A stretch of 27,104 nt of DNA from an uncultured Janthinobacterium sp. (GTDB lineage Bacteria > Vulcanimicrobiota > Vulcanimicrobiia > Vulcanimicrobiales > Vulcanimicrobiaceae): positions 14,737-41,840 of the forward strand of contig CAZZXB010000004.1 of the NCBI GenBank assembly GCA_964658025.1, given 5' to 3'. Each line of letters opens with the position of its first letter. Within the stretch, counting starts at the first letter, position 1. This document shows positions 24,268 through 27,104 of the stretch, in pieces. The notes beneath the pieces are model-generated. The model made no database searches. It was not told the origin of the DNA and was given only the letters and a program-made list of their open reading frames with translations. A program made the position numbers and the translations under genes.

Positions 24268-27081
24268 ATGTCCTCCAACGAGACGATTTCGACCGATTAT
24301 CGCGCGACGCTGAACCTTCCGACGACGGCGTTTCCGATGCGCGGCGATCTCCCCAAACGCGAGCCCGAACGCGTGGCGTGGTGGCGCGAGCGCGGCACCT
24401 ACGCGCGCCGCCTCGAACGCAACGCCGGCAACCCGCAGTGGATCCTCCACGACGGACCGCCGTACGCGAACGGCGAGGTCCACATGGGGACGTTCCTCAA
24501 CCGCGTGCTCAAGGACATCTTCGTGAAAGTCCATCTGCTCGACGGCAAGTATGCGAAGTTCGTGCCCGGGTGGGACATGCACGGCTTACCGATCGAGTTC
24601 GAAACGCTCAAGCATCTCGGACTCGATTTTCACGACGTCGATCCGATCGAGTTGCGCGCGAAGTGTCGCGAACGCGCGATCTACTGGCTCGACCGTCAGC
24701 GCGAGACGTTCTTACGGATGGGCTTGCTCGGCGAGTTCGACGAGCCGTATCGCACGATCGACAAGGGTTTCGAGGCGACGATCGTCGCGACGCTCGCCGA
24801 TCTCGCGCAGGAAGGCCAACTCTACAAGGGCCTGCGCCCGACGCTCTGGTGTCTCCGCGACGAGACGGCGCTCGCCGAAGCCGAGATCGAATACAAGGAT
24901 CATCTCTCGCCCTCGATCTACGTGCGCTTCGCCGCGAGCGACGCGCAGCGCGCGGCGATCCTCGCGACGCTCGACGCGCCCGTGACGGCCGACGGGCCGT
25001 TGTCGATCCTCATCTGGACGACGACGCCGTGGACCTTACCCGCCAACGTCGCGATCGCGCTCAAACCGGACGCGTCGTACGGCCTCTATCGGCGCGGAAC
25101 GGAAGTATTGCTGCTCGCCGACGATCTCGCGAACGACGTCTTCGCGCGTGCCGAGGGTCCCGCCGCGGAACGTCTCGCGGGGGCGCCGGGGACGGCGCTC
25201 GTCGGAACGACCGTCCGTCATCCGTTTCTCGATCGCGACTCGCTCGTCGTCGGCGCGGAGTACGTCGTGCTCGATACCGGCACGGGCGCGGTGCACACGG
25301 CGCCCGGCCACGGCGCCGACGACTTCGAGACGGGACTGCGATTCGGTTTACCGACGCTCAGTCCGGTCGACGCGTCGGGACGCTTCACGGCGGACGCGGG
25401 TCCGTATGCGGGCGAGAAGATCTTCGCCGCGAACGATCGCATCATCGCCGATCTCGCCGCGAACGGCGCGCTCTTCGCGCGCAACGATTTCACGCATTCG
25501 TATCCGCATTGTTGGCGTTGCAAGAATCCCGTCGTCTATCGCGCGACCGCGCAGTGGTTCATCGCGATGGACGTCAATCGCTTGCGCAAACGGATCGAGG
25601 AGAAGATCCCGCAAGTGACCTGGTTTCCGGCGTGGGGCGAGCACCGGATGGCGCAGATGATCGAGAATCATCCGGAATGGTGCATCTCGCGTCAGCGCAC
25701 CTGGGGCACGCCGATCCCGTCGGTCGTGTGCCGCGCGTGCAACGAGGCGATCCTCGATCCCGAGATCGCGCGAACGGTCGCGGGCGTCTTCCGCGAACGC
25801 GGTCGCGACGGCCGCAACGCCTCGGATCTCTGGTGGACGGAGCCGCTCGAGACGTTTCTTCCCGAGCACTTCGCCTGTCCGAAATGCAACGGTCGCGAAT
25901 TCGACAAGGAGTTCAACATCGTCGACATCTGGTTCGAGTCGGGCGTGACGCATCGCGCCGTGCTCGAACCGCGCGGGATGCATTGGCCGGCCGATCTCTA
26001 TCTCGAAGGCAGCGATCAATACCGCGGCTGGTTCCGCAGTAACATGGTCACCGCCGTCGCGACGAAGGGCGCGCCGCCGTACAAGTCGGTCGTATCCACG
26101 GGTTGGGTCGTCGACGCGAACGGTCGCGCGATGCACAAGTCCGCGGGCAACTACATCGGCGCGGGCGACGCGATGGGCAAGTACGGCGCGGACGTGCTGC
26201 GGCTCTGGGTCGCGTCGGTCGAGTTCACGGCCGACATGCGTCTCGGCGAGGAGTTACTGAAGTCGATCGGCGCCGTCTATCGCAATTGGCGCAATCGGTT
26301 GCGGATGCTGCTCGGCCTGATCGACGATCTGCATCCGGGCGACCTCCGCGCGCGCGCGGATCTCGAGCCGATCGATCGGCTCGCGCTCGCGCGTCTCGAC
26401 GACGTGGCGTACCGCGTCGCCGGGCACTACAAAGCGTATCGCCTGCACGACGTCTATCTCGCGCTCGTCGAATACGACACGAGCGATCTCTCGAGCTTCT
26501 ACGTCGACGTGCTCAAGGATCCGATGTATTCGGGCGAGCGCGGCGGGGCGCGTCGCAAGAGCGCCCAGACGACGCTCTTCCGGATCCTCGAGACGCTCTG
26601 CGCGTTGCTCGCGCCGCTGCTCTCGTTCACCGCGGAAGAGGCGTGGCAGGCCGTTCCCGTCGCGCTGCGCGGCGAGCGCGAGAGCGTCTTCGATCTCGAA
26701 CTGCCGCGCGGGAGCGCGCGCGGCTCGGGCGAACTCGCCGACCTCGCGACGTGGGAGACGCTCAAGGAACTCCGCGCGCGCGTCGCCGCGAGCGACGGTC
26801 CGCGCGACTTCCAACTGCAGGCGCACGTGCGCGCGCATCCGGCGGACGAGGCGCGACTCCGCGCGCTCGGCGACAACCTGCGCGAAGCGCTCGTCGTCTC
26901 CGCGCTCGACCTGCACGTCGATCCGTCGATCCCACACGGCGCGCCGACCGCGAGCGTCTCCGCGGCGGACGGCGAGAAGTGCTCGCGCTGTTGGAAATAT
27001 CTGCCGCTCGGTTCCGACGCGATCCATCCGACGCTCTGCGCGCCGTGCGTCGCGACGGTTCGCGCCCTCGAACCCGCCTGA
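24268..27081 (+). CDS. ileS: Isoleucine--tRNA ligase (type 1, C-terminal zinc finger), 937 aa
   Basis: TLNLP.T.FPMRGDL, LHDGPPYANG, PGWD.HGLPIE, WTTTPWTLP.N, GTGAVHTAPGHG.DDF, HSYPHCWRCK, WCISRQRTWG.PIP, LYLEGSDQYRGWF, KCSRCW...LC..C. Confidence 0.98.
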   Translation: MSSNETISTDYRATLNLPTTAFPMRGDLPKREPERVAWWRERGTYARRLERNAGNPQWILHDGPPYANGEVHMGTFLNRVLKDIFVKVHLLDGKYAKFVPGWDMHGLPIEFETLKHLGLDFHDVDPIELRAKCRERAIYWLDRQRETFLRMGLLGEFDEPYRTIDKGFEATIVATLADLAQEGQLYKGLRPTLWCLRDETALAEAEIEYKDHLSPSIYVRFAASDAQRAAILATLDAPVTADGPLSILIWTTTPWTLPANVAIALKPDASYGLYRRGTEVLLLADDLANDVFARAEGPAAERLAGAPGTALVGTTVRHPFLDRDSLVVGAEYVVLDTGTGAVHTAPGHGADDFETGLRFGLPTLSPVDASGRFTADAGPYAGEKIFAANDRIIADLAANGALFARNDFTHSYPHCWRCKNPVVYRATAQWFIAMDVNRLRKRIEEKIPQVTWFPAWGEHRMAQMIENHPEWCISRQRTWGTPIPSVVCRACNEAILDPEIARTVAGVFRERGRDGRNASDLWWTEPLETFLPEHFACPKCNGREFDKEFNIVDIWFESGVTHRAVLEPRGMHWPADLYLEGSDQYRGWFRSNMVTAVATKGAPPYKSVVSTGWVVDANGRAMHKSAGNYIGAGDAMGKYGADVLRLWVASVEFTADMRLGEELLKSIGAVYRNWRNRLRMLLGLIDDLHPGDLRARADLEPIDRLALARLDDVAYRVAGHYKAYRLHDVYLALVEYDTSDLSSFYVDVLKDPMYSGERGGARRKSAQTTLFRILETLCALLAPLLSFTAEEAWQAVPVALRGERESVFDLELPRGSARGSGELADLATWETLKELRARVAASDGPRDFQLQAHVRAHPADEARLRALGDNLREALVVSALDLHVDPSIPHGAPTASVSAADGEKCSRCWKYLPLGSDAIHPTLCAPCVATVRALEPA

Positions 27082-27104
27082 CGCGGGACGCGTGCCCGAG
27101 GGTC

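Noticed and set aside
22651..24582. 643-aa minus-strand ORF and other long alternative frames (e.g. 24378-26042)
   Set aside because: Shadow ORFs overlapping well-supported genes, with no recognisable domains.
1..27104. CRISPR arrays, IS/integrase, prophage, rRNA/tRNA; abundant CGCG/TCGA/GATC words as repeats
   Set aside because: No spaced direct repeats or mobile-element proteins found by eye; the short words reflect genome-wide composition.

Overview
High-GC (roughly 70% by eye, very CpG-rich) bacterial chromosomal window with about 18 protein-coding genes and no recognisable rRNA, tRNA, CRISPR array or mobile element. Gene order: (partial redoxin-like gene?) <- TMEM175-like channel <- AlkA-like glycosylase <- DAGK-family lipid kinase | fbp/cbbF-like -> prk/cbbP -> | <- membrane PAS-GGDEF cyclase | four-gene secreted DUF11/Ig-fold operon ending in a large outer-membrane beta-barrel -> | <- metX <- metY <- hom | alpha/beta hydrolase -> DUF5693-like -> csaB -> Tat alpha/beta hydrolase -> ileS. 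The content (PRK, csaB plus DUF5693, OM barrel, composition) fits a diderm Terrabacteria lineage such as Ca. Eremiobacterota; this is inference only. The strongest candidate for a new system is the 6390-15169 operon. The 812-aa protein has a split isopeptide-type Ig domain: the Lys and acid half is at the C-terminus and the Asn-bearing strands are at the mature N-terminus. This suggests a fibre polymerised head-to-tail by donor-strand complementation and locked by intermolecular isopeptide bonds, with a donor-only anchor, an acceptor-only cap or chaperone and a dedicated OM barrel, divergent from a diguanylate cyclase. The second highlight is that the FBPase next to PRK lacks several catalytic determinants and may be a pseudoenzyme. 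All calls come from motif reading; no database searches were run.
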